A stretch of 64,000 bases of DNA from Deltaproteobacteria bacterium (GCA_037441565.1 JBBIRW010000005.1:1707-65706), one strand, 5' to 3'. Shown: positions 30,791 through 41,459, counted from the first letter of the stretch. The notes: a model not told the origin generated them from the sequence alone. Numbers and translations are program-made.

Positions 30791-32131
30791 CTACTCCATC
30801 ACCCTCGCAACCCCACTTTCGATAGCAGCCCTTTCCACTGCCTCAGCAACTGCCCTGTGAACTTCGAGATTCATTATGTTGGGAACAAGTTCCCCTTTTT
30901 CAGCAAACCTCGCAATTACCTTTGCCGCACTGATCTTCATCCTGTCTGTAATCTTCCTTGCTCTCACATTCAGCGCACCCCTGAATATGCCTGGAAATCC
31001 CAGTGCATTGTTAACACTCCTTCCGTCTGATGCAAATATCGCACCCGCACGGAGTGCTTCCTCCGGTTTTATCTCCGGATATGGATTAGAAAGTGCAAGG
31101 ATGATCTGCCCCTTCCTGACCATTTCAGGTTTTATTAGGTTAGGAACACCTGTTGTTGCAACAACTACATCAGAATGCCTCATCAATCCCTCAAGACTAT
31201 CTGTCTTCCCTCCCATCCGTGCAAGCATCTCCATAGCGGTTTCCTTTATATCATTTCCAACAATCCTCTTGACACCGTATGCCTTGAGAAGCTTCGCAAT
31301 ACCCATACCTGCTGCACCCAGACCTATAACACCAACAGTTGCTGATCTCAGCTCTATTCCACAAAGGGCTGTTGCGTTGAGAAGCGCTGCAAGAACAACA
31401 ACAGCTGTCCCGTGCTGATCGTCGTGCATAACAGGAATGTCCAGCATCTCAATAAGTCTATCCTCTATTTCAAAGCATTGAGGGGATGCGATATCCTCAA
31501 GATTGATTGCTCCAAAACCCTTTGAGATAAGTCTCACAACGTTTATGAATTCCTCTGTATCCCTTGTATCAACAAGAATGGGAATACCACTTAATGAAAC
31601 GAGCATCTCCATGAGCACTGCCTTCCCCTCCATTACCGGATGACCTGCAACGACACCAATATCACCAAGCCCGAGGATTGCAGTTCCATTTGTAATAATT
31701 GCAACACTGTTTCCTTTCCATGTATAGTTGTATGCATCCTCAGGTTTTTCCAGAATAGCCTTACAGACCCTTGCAACACCTGGTGTGTATATTTTTCTGA
31801 GAACACCGAGATCGCAGTTCTTTATTCTGCTTTTAACCTCGATCTTACCTCCTTTGTGAAGTTCAAGAACAGGATCTATAACATCTTCAAGGTAAATCCC
31901 ATCAAGCTTTTCAATTGCCTTTATCACCCTCTGAAGGTGTTCCTCATCATCAACAAGAACTGTAATCTCCCTTGTATTGTATTGAAGTCCCATCTTCACA
32001 AGTCTTATGTCGCCGATGTTACCTCCCTCATTTCCTATCGCTGTTGTTAGTTTTCCAAGATATCCTGGCTGGTCTGTTATCAGGACCCTTAATGTCTTTA
32101 CAAACTTATCGGTCCCCTTTTCAATCTGCAT
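30791..32131 (-). CDS. NAD(P)-dependent malic enzyme with N-terminal ACT domain
   Basis: An ACT-like N-terminal roughly 80 aa. Then malic-enzyme motifs (YTPGVA, NGTAILGLGDIG, VMHDDQHGTAVV) and the NAD-binding GLGAAG. Confidence 0.8.
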   Translation of the reverse strand: MQIEKGTDKFVKTLRVLITDQPGYLGKLTTAIGNEGGNIGDIRLVKMGLQYNTREITVLVDDEEHLQRVIKAIEKLDGIYLEDVIDPVLELHKGGKIEVKSRIKNCDLGVLRKIYTPGVARVCKAILEKPEDAYNYTWKGNSVAIITNGTAILGLGDIGVVAGHPVMEGKAVLMEMLVSLSGIPILVDTRDTEEFINVVRLISKGFGAINLEDIASPQCFEIEDRLIEMLDIPVMHDDQHGTAVVVLAALLNATALCGIELRSATVGVIGLGAAGMGIAKLLKAYGVKRIVGNDIKETAMEMLARMGGKTDSLEGLMRHSDVVVATTGVPNLIKPEMVRKGQIILALSNPYPEIKPEEALRAGAIFASDGRSVNNALGFPGIFRGALNVRARKITDRMKISAAKVIARFAEKGELVPNIMNLEVHRAVAEAVERAAIESGVARVME

Positions 32132-34016
32132 CTTCCTCCCCTTTCTTCCTGTTTTTCTTCTGTTCCCTTTCCAGCATAATCATAAGGATTGAAAGGGCTG
32201 CAGGTGTCATTCCAGGAATCCTTGATGCCTGACCCAGTGAAATGGGTCTTATCCTCTCAAGTTTTTCCCTGAGCTCGTTTGAGAGTCCCTGGACAGCCCT
32301 GTAATCAAAATCATACGGAACTTTTATCGACTCAAGCCTTTTAAATTTTTCCACTTCCTGCATCTGCCTCCTTATGTATCCATCATACTTTATTTCAATT
32401 TCAACGCCTTTTATTACTTCTGGATCATCAATTGCCTCCCCACCGCAAAGTCTCATCACGGTTCTGTAGTCCAGCTTTGGTCTTTTAAGTAGTTGATAAC
32501 AGGTTGTTACCTCATCTATGGGTGCCTCCCCCATGGCATCCAGCTCCTCATTGATCCACTCTTCAGGGTATATCTTTAGATTTTTAAGTCTCTCGACCTC
32601 CTCATCGATCCTCCTCTTCCTCTCTCTCATCCTTTCAACAGCCTCATATGTTATGAGACCCAGTTCGTAGCCCCTTTCCATAAGCCTCATGTCTGCATTA
32701 TCCTCTCTCAAAAGCAACCTGTATTCTGCACGGGATGTGAACATTCGGTAGGGCTCGTTTGTCCCTTTTGTCACAAGGTCATCCACCATAACAGCCATGT
32801 AGGCCTCTGATCTGTCAAGGAGAAAAGGCCCCTTCCCCTTAACCTTCAGTGATGCATTAACGCCTGCCCAGAAACCCTGGGAAGCTGCCTCTTCATAACC
32901 CGTTGTCCCATTTATCTGTCCTGCGAGAAAGAGATTCTCTACGAGCTTTGTCTCAAGTGTTGGATGGAGCTGATGGGGAAATACGATATCATGCTCTATG
33001 GCGTATCCCGGCCTCATGATCTCAGCTTTCTCAAGCCCTGGAACTGACCTTACTATCTCATACTGAAGCTCAAAGGGCATGCTGTTTCCAAGACCACTCA
33101 CATATATCTCATCTGTATCAATCCCTTCGGGCTCAAGGATGACCCTGTGCCTTTCCCTCTCTGAAAATTTCACAACTTTATCCTCAAGGGAAGGGCAATA
33201 CCTTACAGGGGTTGCCTTTATCTGACCGCTATAAAGGGCGGACTTGTCAAGGTTCTTCATAATGATTTCGTGCGTCTCAGGTGTTGTGTAGGTTATGTAG
33301 CAGGGAAACTCCCTGAACCCAAGCCTTACCGTTCGATGAGAGAAGGGCCTTGGATTCTTATCCCCCCATCTTTCCTCCATCTTAGAGTAATCTATGGTTG
33401 AGCCTTTAAGGCGTGGGCCTGTCCCCGTTTTAAAACTTCCCATTTCGAAACCCAACATCTTTAGATTTTCCGAGAGTCTCTTCGATGAAAATTCTCCTGC
33501 TCTTCCTGATGGAAAGCTCTTAAGTCCGATGTGGATAACACCATTCAAAAAGGTCCCTGGTGCAAGCACAATCGCCTTGCCGTAGAAGACATTTCCAAAT
33601 TGATCCTTTACCCCTATTGCAACCCTCCCATCGGTAACTATCTCTTCTATGAGCGCCTGCTTTATGTCCAGATTCCTCTGTTTTTCAAGGATGGTTCTCA
33701 TTACTAATTTATAGCGATTCTTATCCACCTGTACCCTTGTTGACCATATTGCTGCACCCTTTGATCTGTTCAATGTTTGAAACTGCAAGGCACTCTGATC
33801 AGTGACCCACCCCATCTCTCCTCCAAGCGCATCCAGCTCCCTTACGAGATGCCCCTTTGCAGTTCCACCAACTGATGGTGCACAGGACATGTGGGCGATA
33901 TTATCGATATTTATCGTAAGCATAAGGGTCTTAAGCCCCATGCGTGATGAGGCGAGTGCAGCCTCGCATCCTGCATGCCCTCCGCCAACAACAATAATAT
34001 CATATGTGTTTTTCAT
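32121..34016 (-). CDS. mnmG: tRNA uridine 5-carboxymethylaminomethyl modification enzyme MnmG (GidA)
   Basis: FAD motif YDIIVVGGGHAGCEAA, 631 aa, conserved C-terminal domain. Confidence 0.9.
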   Translation of the reverse strand: MKNTYDIIVVGGGHAGCEAALASSRMGLKTLMLTINIDNIAHMSCAPSVGGTAKGHLVRELDALGGEMGWVTDQSALQFQTLNRSKGAAIWSTRVQVDKNRYKLVMRTILEKQRNLDIKQALIEEIVTDGRVAIGVKDQFGNVFYGKAIVLAPGTFLNGVIHIGLKSFPSGRAGEFSSKRLSENLKMLGFEMGSFKTGTGPRLKGSTIDYSKMEERWGDKNPRPFSHRTVRLGFREFPCYITYTTPETHEIIMKNLDKSALYSGQIKATPVRYCPSLEDKVVKFSERERHRVILEPEGIDTDEIYVSGLGNSMPFELQYEIVRSVPGLEKAEIMRPGYAIEHDIVFPHQLHPTLETKLVENLFLAGQINGTTGYEEAASQGFWAGVNASLKVKGKGPFLLDRSEAYMAVMVDDLVTKGTNEPYRMFTSRAEYRLLLREDNADMRLMERGYELGLITYEAVERMRERKRRIDEEVERLKNLKIYPEEWINEELDAMGEAPIDEVTTCYQLLKRPKLDYRTVMRLCGGEAIDDPEVIKGVEIEIKYDGYIRRQMQEVEKFKRLESIKVPYDFDYRAVQGLSNELREKLERIRPISLGQASRIPGMTPAALSILMIMLEREQKKNRKKGEEDAD

Positions 34017-34071
34017 GACCCTAATCCTTGCTGATGATTGAGTTAAATTATATCATGATTTTGTAGGAAAG

Positions 34072-34995
34072 ATGGTTGAAAGGAAACCCTACAGGGATCT
34101 TAAAGGATTTCTCATCGAGAAGTTTGGATGCAGGGTGCATAAAGTCCCACTTGATGCTGGACTCACATGCCCAAACAGGGATGGGACTCTTGGATACGGA
34201 GGTTGTATCTATTGTAATGAGCTGGGCTCAGGGACAGGTGCCTGGGATCGAAGGATCCCTTTAAGGGAACAGTTGCTAAGGGGTGTGGATTTTCTTAAAA
34301 GGAGATATGGGGCGGAGAAGTTTATTGCCTACTTTCAATCCTTTACAAATACCTATGGAAAACCTGATCTCCTTAAATCCCTTTACGATGAAGTGCTCGA
34401 TCATCCGGATGTTGTTGGAATATCAGTAGGTACAAGACCTGACTGCATTGATGACCAGCTTTTAGCACTTCTTCAGTCTTATACGCGAACTCACTCCGTA
34501 TGGATAGAATATGGGCTCCAGAGTGCGAATGACTATACCTTAAGACTTATAAACCGCGGACACTTCACCCATGAATTCCTTAAGGCAGTTGAAATGAGTA
34601 AAGGGAGGGACTTTCACATTGTTGCCCACATTATAATTGGACTTCCTGGTGAGGGAAGGGCTGATGTTATAAAAACAGCAAGATTTCTCACCGATGTGGG
34701 TGTTGATGGTGTAAAGATTCACCTCCTCTACATCCAGAAAGGGAATGAGCTATACAGAATGTTCAAAAAGGGTGATTACAGACCCCTCGAAATGGATGAA
34801 TATGTTGGACTTGTGTGCGATTTTCTCGAACACCTCTCGCCACAAATTGTGATACACCGTTTAACAGGTGATGCACATATGGGAAGGCTTATTGCCCCTG
34901 AGTGGAGTGAAGATAAGCAGAAGGTAATCTCATCTATCGTCAATGAGCTTAAAAGCAGAAAAACCTATCAAGGGATCTACTGCGGGCGATATTAA
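34072..34995 (+). CDS. Radical SAM protein, TIGR01212 (YhcC-like) family
   Basis: KVPLDAGLTCPNRDGTLGYGGCIYC N-terminal Cys cluster typical of TIGR01212. Confidence 0.75.
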   Translation: MVERKPYRDLKGFLIEKFGCRVHKVPLDAGLTCPNRDGTLGYGGCIYCNELGSGTGAWDRRIPLREQLLRGVDFLKRRYGAEKFIAYFQSFTNTYGKPDLLKSLYDEVLDHPDVVGISVGTRPDCIDDQLLALLQSYTRTHSVWIEYGLQSANDYTLRLINRGHFTHEFLKAVEMSKGRDFHIVAHIIIGLPGEGRADVIKTARFLTDVGVDGVKIHLLYIQKGNELYRMFKKGDYRPLEMDEYVGLVCDFLEHLSPQIVIHRLTGDAHMGRLIAPEWSEDKQKVISSIVNELKSRKTYQGIYCGRY

Positions 34996-35042
34996 AAGAA
35001 AAGGGGGCATTTCTGCCCCCATTTAATGGAATTTAGAAAGGA

Positions 35043-35360
35043 TTATTTCTTGTGGCACCTGTTGCAGGTTGCATTGTCGCTTGTTTTGAACGCCTTTTTA
35101 CCGTTGTGGCACTCACCACAGAACTTCCCCGCATTGAGATCAGCCATCTTCATCTTTGCCTCCCCAAACTTCATCTTGAAGATCTTTGGATGGCAATCAG
35201 CGCACTTCTGACCCTTGTTAGCATGAACCTTTCCATCAAATATCACCTTTCCAGCATCACCATCTTTCCACTCGAGGGTCTTTCCAGAACCTACTGCCAG
35301 GGCTGAAGTTGTAAAAGCAATGAGGAATATCACTGCAAATAACGAAATCGTCCTCATCAT
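35043..35360 (-). CDS. Periplasmic triheme cytochrome c7 (PpcA-like, cytochrome c3 superfamily)
   Basis: Signal peptide. Three CxxCH motifs (CADCH, CGECH, CNRCH) in an ~80-aa mature domain with bis-His spacing. Confidence 0.8.
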   Translation of the reverse strand: MMRTISLFAVIFLIAFTTSALAVGSGKTLEWKDGDAGKVIFDGKVHANKGQKCADCHPKIFKMKFGEAKMKMADLNAGKFCGECHNGKKAFKTSDNATCNRCHKK

Positions 35361-35640
35361 CCTTCACCTCCTTTCTTTGTTAGTGCCTCCAGACAAATGC
35401 CCTCTCTCTTTAATCTGGCTTCCTGTTATTTGGACGGATACGCTGGTATTTTATTTAAGAGATCGGGCATAAGTTTATACCATTACGGCTGTTATGTCAA
35501 AACAATATTTAACGCCGCAGGTTATTGAAAATATTGTGTATGGAGAGACTCAACAACCTTGGGAACAATAAAGATGTTAAGCGCGCTCTCAAGCTCCGTG
35601 GCAGGGCACAGGAAATGGAAACCCAATAAAGAAATAGGGA

Positions 35641-35743
35641 TTTGACAAAATGTCAATGATTTTTGTGATTTCACCTTAATTTTTAGACAAATTGTCAATC
35701 GATATCAGGGATCTTCTTCTATTTTTTGTCAAATTGGCAAAGT
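35641..35743. promoter_or_regulatory. Candidate operator array: GACA-N3-TGTC palindromes in the divergent cytochrome-c7 / synthase promoter region
   Basis: TTGACAAAATGTCAA (35642..35656, perfect 6-N3-6 inverted repeat), GACAAATTGTC (35687..35697), and a half-site TTGTCAAATTGGCAA (35726..35740). They lie in the 577-bp intergenic region. Confidence 0.35.
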
Positions 35744-35937
35744 TCCCATTTAATTTAACCTGCAAAAGGGGGAAAGGATGTAGTAAGTGAGCTTCAGAAA
35801 AGTATTTAAAGAATATGGCATTAGCCTTTATGTCCCATCAAAAGGGATTTATGCATGTTCTGGCTTTTATCTTGCTAAATGATTGTAGTTAGGCTAAATT
35901 ATTAATTAACTAAACAATCCAAAAGAAAGGAGGCTAT

Positions 35938-37308
35938 ATGATTGAGAGAAATCCAAAATCGGGCTTTCTGGAGTATAAAGAGAAGTTTGAGCTGAAGGAT
36001 ATTCCTGAACCAAATCTCCTCCGTGACATGTTCCCCTTCACGGAAATTCCAAGGATCACTTTTGACAACTTCATGGTCATGCCTGAGCTCCCCTCTGAGA
36101 TATGGATAACTGATACCACATTCAGGGATGGTCAGCAGGCAAGACCCCCTCTCACAGTGAAACAGATAGTTGACATCTATGACATGCTCCATAAGCTTAG
36201 TGGGCCGAATGGTGTCATCCGTCAGTGTGAATTCTTCCTCTATACGGAAAAGGACAGGGAGGCAGTGAGAAAGTGCCTGGAAAAGGGGTATCAGTATCCT
36301 GAAGTGACGGGATGGATAAGGGCAGTTGCGGCAGATTTCAAGCTTGTTAAGGACATGGGTCTAAAGGAGACCGGGATCCTCACATCCATCTCTGACTACC
36401 ATATCTTTCACAAGCTTAAAAAGAGCAGAAGAAAGGCTATTGATGATTATATTGCGCTTGTTAAAGAGGCAGCTGCTGCTGGTATGAAACAGGTAAGATG
36501 TCATCTTGAAGACCTCACAAGGGCAGACTTCTTTGGATGCGTTGTCCCTTACGTTCAGGAACTGATGAAGGTATCTGAAGAGGCAAAGATGCCAGTAAAA
36601 ATAAGACTTTGCGACACCATGGGATATGGTGTGCCCTGGCCATTTGCATCCCTTCCAAGGAGCGTTCCAAAGCTTGTCTGGGGTCTCAGACACTATTGTG
36701 GGGTCCCGCCTGAGAGACTCGAATGGCACGGTCATAACGACTTCCATCTTGTGCTTGCCAACGGGACAGCTGCATGGCTCTATGGTTGTTCAGCACTCAA
36801 CTGCACACTTCTCGGATTTGGTGAAAGAACAGGTAATCCACCCCTTGAAGGTGCTGTAATAACCTATGTGGAGCTCACCGGGAGTGAAAATGGCATGAAC
36901 CTCCATATGATAACAGAAATCGCAAAATACATGGAAAAGGAGTGCGGCTATCTTATCCCACCCTCCATGCCCTTTGTGGGTCAGAACTTCAACGTCACCA
37001 TGGCCGGGATACATGCTGACGGTATCATAAAAGACCCCGAGATCTACAACATCTTTGATACGGAGAAGATCCTCAACAGGCCCTTTGGTGTTAATATTAC
37101 AGATAAAACAGGACTTGCAGGGATTGCCTTCTGGATAAATCATCGCCTCGGCCTTAAAGGGGACAAACGCATTCCTAAATCCCATCCAGGGATTGCAAAG
37201 ATCGAGGAGTGGGTGCAGGAGCAGTACAAGATTGGAAGAAACACGGCAATTTCACCAGAGGAGCTCGAGGAGCAGGCAAGGAAGTGGCTCCCTGAATATT
37301 TCAAATAA
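35938..37308 (+). CDS. Homocitrate/2-isopropylmalate/Re-citrate synthase family (HMGL-like aldolase) protein
   Basis: WITDTTFRDGQQ catalytic N-terminal motif preceded by a ~50-aa extension, 456 aa. HxH metal-ligand region (WHGHNDFH). Size and N-terminal extension resemble clostridial Re-citrate synthase. Confidence 0.7.
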   Translation: MIERNPKSGFLEYKEKFELKDIPEPNLLRDMFPFTEIPRITFDNFMVMPELPSEIWITDTTFRDGQQARPPLTVKQIVDIYDMLHKLSGPNGVIRQCEFFLYTEKDREAVRKCLEKGYQYPEVTGWIRAVAADFKLVKDMGLKETGILTSISDYHIFHKLKKSRRKAIDDYIALVKEAAAAGMKQVRCHLEDLTRADFFGCVVPYVQELMKVSEEAKMPVKIRLCDTMGYGVPWPFASLPRSVPKLVWGLRHYCGVPPERLEWHGHNDFHLVLANGTAAWLYGCSALNCTLLGFGERTGNPPLEGAVITYVELTGSENGMNLHMITEIAKYMEKECGYLIPPSMPFVGQNFNVTMAGIHADGIIKDPEIYNIFDTEKILNRPFGVNITDKTGLAGIAFWINHRLGLKGDKRIPKSHPGIAKIEEWVQEQYKIGRNTAISPEELEEQARKWLPEYFK

Positions 37309-37312
37309 GGGA

Positions 37313-37345
37313 AAAGGGCATCCCCTCGGGGATGCCCTTTTTTAT
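37313..37345 (+). terminator. Rho-independent terminator after the synthase gene
   Basis: GGGCATCCCC TCG GGGGATGCCC stem followed by TTTTTTAT. Confidence 0.6.
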
Positions 37346-37375
37346 GACCAGAAATATCTTCCTGAGAAGAATTTT

Positions 37376-38443
37376 ATGCTATCCCGTGGAAAAATTTTGC
37401 AATCATTAATAATAATCCTCATACTTCTCCTCACAAATAGTTATTCCTGGGCATTGCTACCCATCCAGAAATGCCTGATATGTCATGGCAAAAGGGATTT
37501 TAAAAAGACTTACCCTGATGGAAAGGTAAAGCCATTATATGTGGACCCATTGATCATAGAAAAATCTGTTCACTCAAAAAAGATATGTACGGACTGCCAC
37601 TTTGATGCAGTTGAAATCCCTCATAGTAAGACTCCAGAAAGGGTTCAGTGCACAAGATGCCACTACAAGGGAAATCCTGAAGGTGCACCGCAATCAGATG
37701 CATATCTTGAATACAGGGAGAGCATCCATGGAAGGGCTGTAACTGCAGGCAATGCAGCAGCACCTGTATGTCAGGATTGCCATGGCACACATGACATACT
37801 TCATACGAAAAACCCACTGTCAAGGGTATCCCACGGAAGGGTGGCTGAGACATGTGGCAGATGTCATATGAGTATCTTTGCCCAGTACAGAAGCAGCATC
37901 CATGGTGTTGCCCTCTACGAAAGGAAGATACCTGAAGCGCCTGACTGCACAAGCTGTCATGGTGAGCACGGGATAAGATCACCGAAGGACCCAACATCAC
38001 CTGTGTATCCAACAAAGGTTACAAAAACCTGCTCCTCCTGTCATGAGGAAGAGGGGATTGTCGGTAAATACGGGATAAGAACGGAGCAGGTTGAGACTTA
38101 TAAAGAGAGCTTCCATGGTATTGCCATAAGATATGGTGCAAGGACGGTTGCAAACTGTGCAAGTTGTCACGGCGTCCATGACATAAGGCCGCCTGAAGAT
38201 CCGCTCTCCTCCGTATATATAAAGAACATCCCGCAGACATGCGGGAAATGCCATCCAGGTGCAAATATAAACTATGCGAGGGGGAAGATCCATGTGAATC
38301 CAAAAAAGAAGGAGTCAGGGATTGTCTACTGGGTCTCACTCTTCTTTAAATACTTTACATTTACGGTGATCCTTTCACTCATCGCCCATATATTCCTTGA
38401 TCTTTACAGAAGGGTCCAGGAATTGAGGGAAAAAAGAACCTGA
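37376..38443 (+). CDS. Nonahaem c-type cytochrome with C-terminal membrane anchor (CbcA-like)
   Basis: Signal peptide. Nine CxxCH motifs, several in the paired CxxCHGxHDI style with recurring SxHG. A C-terminal TM helix [25 protein letters not shown]. Confidence 0.8.
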   Translation: MLSRGKILQSLIIILILLLTNSYSWALLPIQKCLICHGKRDFKKTYPDGKVKPLYVDPLIIEKSVHSKKICTDCHFDAVEIPHSKTPERVQCTRCHYKGNPEGAPQSDAYLEYRESIHGRAVTAGNAAAPVCQDCHGTHDILHTKNPLSRVSHGRVAETCGRCHMSIFAQYRSSIHGVALYERKIPEAPDCTSCHGEHGIRSPKDPTSPVYPTKVTKTCSSCHEEEGIVGKYGIRTEQVETYKESFHGIAIRYGARTVANCASCHGVHDIRPPEDPLSSVYIKNIPQTCGKCHPGANINYARGKIHVNPKKKESGIVYWVSLFFKYFTFTVILSLIAHIFLDLYRRVQELREKRT

Positions 38444-38453
38444 TGGTGGAAAG

Positions 38454-39377
38454 ATGGATAAAGAAAAAAGGAAAGAGGTATTAAATCTGGAAGAGATTGC
38501 AAGAGAGATCGAGGAGGAGATCCTCAAGGAGCATGATAGGGAGATAACAGAGGAGTTACGGAATGAATTAAGAAAAATGGTAAGGGAAAGGGTGCTGCAA
38601 GGGGTAAGCAGTGAAATCCCATCCATTATTGAAGAGATAAAGAGAAAAAGGGGGATCGAAATCGAAGAGCACAGGAGGAAGGAGCACATTCAGGAAGAGG
38701 AGTTCCTCCGCTTCAACCTCCACTTCAGGATCCAGCACATGATCCTTTTTACCAGCGTAATAATCCTCATCCTTACAGGGCTTCCCCTCAGGTATCCGGA
38801 TTTTGAACCGCTTTCAGACCTCATCTGGCTCCTTGGAGGGATTGAATATTCAAGGGTCCTCCATAGGATAGGTGCTGCAGGCCTCATACTCGTTGCCATA
38901 TATCATACCCTTTATACCATCCTCCATCCTGATGGCAGGAGGGATTTTCTGCTTCTGATCCCAACACCAAAAGACTTCAAGGACTTCTATTTGCAGATCA
39001 ACTATTTCCTTGGCAGATCAAAGGAAAGACCGAAATTTGGAAGATTCAGTTATATAGAAAAATTTGACTACTGGGCTGTTTACTGGGGTTGTGTTATTAT
39101 GATCGGCTCTGGCCTTCCCCTATGGTTTGAAGAGATCTCCCTCAGGTTTCTTCCAAAATTCATCCTTGATATTTCCAAGGAGGCACACAGTGATGAGGCA
39201 CTTCTTGCGACCCTTGCCATAGTGATATGGCACTTCTACAATGTCCACTTCAATCCCGATAGATTCCCCATGAGCTGGACCTGGTGGACGGGGAGGATAT
39301 CAAAGCACGAGATGATGAAGGAACATCCTCTTGAATATGAAGAGATGATGGCAAAGAGGGGGAAGAAGGGGGATTAA
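38454..39377 (+). CDS. Dihaem b-type cytochrome membrane subunit (HydC/FdnI Ni_hydr_CYTB family, CbcB-like) with charged N-terminal extension
   Basis: Four TM helices with conserved His ([30 protein letters not shown]) and the C-terminal [14 protein letters not shown] tail. A ~95-aa Glu/Arg/Lys-rich N-terminal extension. Confidence 0.75.
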   Translation: MDKEKRKEVLNLEEIAREIEEEILKEHDREITEELRNELRKMVRERVLQGVSSEIPSIIEEIKRKRGIEIEEHRRKEHIQEEEFLRFNLHFRIQHMILFTSVIILILTGLPLRYPDFEPLSDLIWLLGGIEYSRVLHRIGAAGLILVAIYHTLYTILHPDGRRDFLLLIPTPKDFKDFYLQINYFLGRSKERPKFGRFSYIEKFDYWAVYWGCVIMIGSGLPLWFEEISLRFLPKFILDISKEAHSDEALLATLAIVIWHFYNVHFNPDRFPMSWTWWTGRISKHEMMKEHPLEYEEMMAKRGKKGD

Positions 39378-39380
39378 GAG

Positions 39381-41459
39381 ATGAGTTATATTCGCGAGAT
39401 CTCCTCACTCATAAAGGATTTTGTATCAAGTCTCTGGGCACTTATTAAGAGACATAAAAAAGCATCACTTCTACTTGTAGGTATTATCATTACGCTTTTC
39501 TTAATCTTCAATGCCTCCTTCTATGTTCTCTCCTACATCCCCAGGTCCTGCATTATCTGCCATTATATGGATCCATACTATAAGCAGTGGGCAACATCAA
39601 GGCATAACAACATCAGCTGCATAAGATGCCATCCTTTCAGACCTGCTTTCATCACGGTTGCAACAATTAAATATCTAACGGGCATTTACAATCCCAGACC
39701 TCATGCCATAGTTGAGGACAGGAGCTGCCTTCAATCAGGATGCCATCCCGAGAGACTGCTTGAGGGAAAGGTTGCATTTAAAAATAATATAATCTTCGAT
39801 CATAAACAGCACGTTGGGACAATAAAAAGGGGGGAAAGACTCAAATGTGCATCATGCCATGCACAGATCGTTCAGGGAAAGCATATCTCTGTTGATGAAA
39901 GGGTGTGTTTCCTCTGTCATTTCAAAGGCGCACCCGCAGGGACAGCAATGACGGGTTGTCCATCCTGTCATGGGACTCCTGCAAAGGCTGTTAAACATGA
40001 GGGGTTCGTCTTTAATCATGATCCATATATAAAGATGGGAGTAAGGTGTAATCAGTGTCACATAGAGGTATCCAGAGGACAGGGATCTGTGCTTGAGGAA
40101 AGATGTTTCTCCTGTCATGTCGAGAGGACAGAGAAATATAAAGACCCTATTTTACTCCATCAGGTCCATGTAACAAAAAGGAATTATGAGTGTTTTAGCT
40201 GCCACGAAGAGATAATCCACAGGAGTATAAGATTTGTTCGAACGCTGGAAGTAAAATGCCAGTCATGTCATGAAACCCTTCATAACATGCAGATGCAGAT
40301 GTATATGGGTGTTGGTGCAAAGGGTGTTTCCGATACACCAAGTATAATGTTTGCAACACAGGTTTCATGCGAGGGCTGCCATCTGAAATCTGTTGAAAAA
40401 ACAGGCATCATGAGGGATCGTAGTAGGCATATACAGATCATAAGGAATTCATGTGTTTCATGCCATGGCAAGTCATACGCAGGTATGGTTGACACCTGGA
40501 TTCAGGAATCAGATCGCGTGTTCCAGCAGGTATCGCAATTTGTTAATTATGCTGATGAAATCATCAAAAACTATCCAGAGAAACAGAAAAGGGTTCGTGA
40601 GGCAAGGGATCTTATAAGGGATGCAAAATACAATCTCGTATTTATAAAAGATGGTAAAGCCGCACATAATGTGCAATACGCATTGAGGATCCTTGCAACA
40701 GTATGGGAACAGGCATCCCTTGCACTGAAAGCAGTAAATGCATCATACACGGTTGATAAACCAGAACTCATAAAATCACCCTCAGTCTACTGCAACACAT
40801 TATGCCACAGCAGGATTATCCCGGCTTCCAATGTTTCCTTTAAGGATATGGCAATAAAGTTTCCCCATCATCTACATTCAAATCAGATGGGTATTGAGTG
40901 CACACAATGCCATCCGGCTAAAAAGCACAGAGCAGGTATTGTTAATAAAAAGGGGTGTAAAGATTGTCATCATACACCACAGACAGCTACATGCAGGGGA
41001 TGCCACCCTTATCAGGATGCCATCTATCATGGGAATATGAATATTCTTGGTATCAAGGCGTCTCCAGACATAATGGCAAAAGGTGTTTCCTGCAGGGAAT
41101 GCCATGAGCTTAAGGAAGGCAAACATACGATTGATCTCATTTCGGCAAGATGCGTTTCATGTCATAATAAAGAGTACAGGGATCTACTCAATTCGTGGAT
41201 AAGAGAAATTAATGAATCGCAGGGAGCTGTTGAAATAAAGATTTCTCAGTTAAGAGAAAAACTGGGCTTACTCCGAAAGGCAGGTCTTGATACATCATCC
41301 TATGAAAAAACCTTATCAGAAATTGAGCATTCAATATCACTTTTGAAGAGGGCGAAGGGTGTGCACAATTACGGATTCTCAATGCAGGTTATTTCCAGCG
41401 CACGTGATTCCCTGGACAGATCCATTGTTGAGATACAGAAACAATTAACACAGAGGTAG
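39381..41459 (+). CDS. NapC/NirT-type membrane-anchored multihaem c-type cytochrome (about 18 haem motifs)
   Basis: N-terminal TM helix followed immediately by CIICH...CIRCH, the NapC/NirT quinol-dehydrogenase pattern. Sixteen more CxxCH or CxxxCH motifs across 692 aa. Confidence 0.8.
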   Translation: MSYIREISSLIKDFVSSLWALIKRHKKASLLLVGIIITLFLIFNASFYVLSYIPRSCIICHYMDPYYKQWATSRHNNISCIRCHPFRPAFITVATIKYLTGIYNPRPHAIVEDRSCLQSGCHPERLLEGKVAFKNNIIFDHKQHVGTIKRGERLKCASCHAQIVQGKHISVDERVCFLCHFKGAPAGTAMTGCPSCHGTPAKAVKHEGFVFNHDPYIKMGVRCNQCHIEVSRGQGSVLEERCFSCHVERTEKYKDPILLHQVHVTKRNYECFSCHEEIIHRSIRFVRTLEVKCQSCHETLHNMQMQMYMGVGAKGVSDTPSIMFATQVSCEGCHLKSVEKTGIMRDRSRHIQIIRNSCVSCHGKSYAGMVDTWIQESDRVFQQVSQFVNYADEIIKNYPEKQKRVREARDLIRDAKYNLVFIKDGKAAHNVQYALRILATVWEQASLALKAVNASYTVDKPELIKSPSVYCNTLCHSRIIPASNVSFKDMAIKFPHHLHSNQMGIECTQCHPAKKHRAGIVNKKGCKDCHHTPQTATCRGCHPYQDAIYHGNMNILGIKASPDIMAKGVSCRECHELKEGKHTIDLISARCVSCHNKEYRDLLNSWIREINESQGAVEIKISQLREKLGLLRKAGLDTSSYEKTLSEIEHSISLLKRAKGVHNYGFSMQVISSARDSLDRSIVEIQKQLTQR

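Noticed and set aside
35542-35631. 29-aa plus-strand ORF (MERLNNLGNNKDVKRALKLRGRAQEMETQ) inside the long cytochrome intergenic region
   Set aside because: No SD. It could be checked as a possible leader peptide, but the evidence is insufficient.
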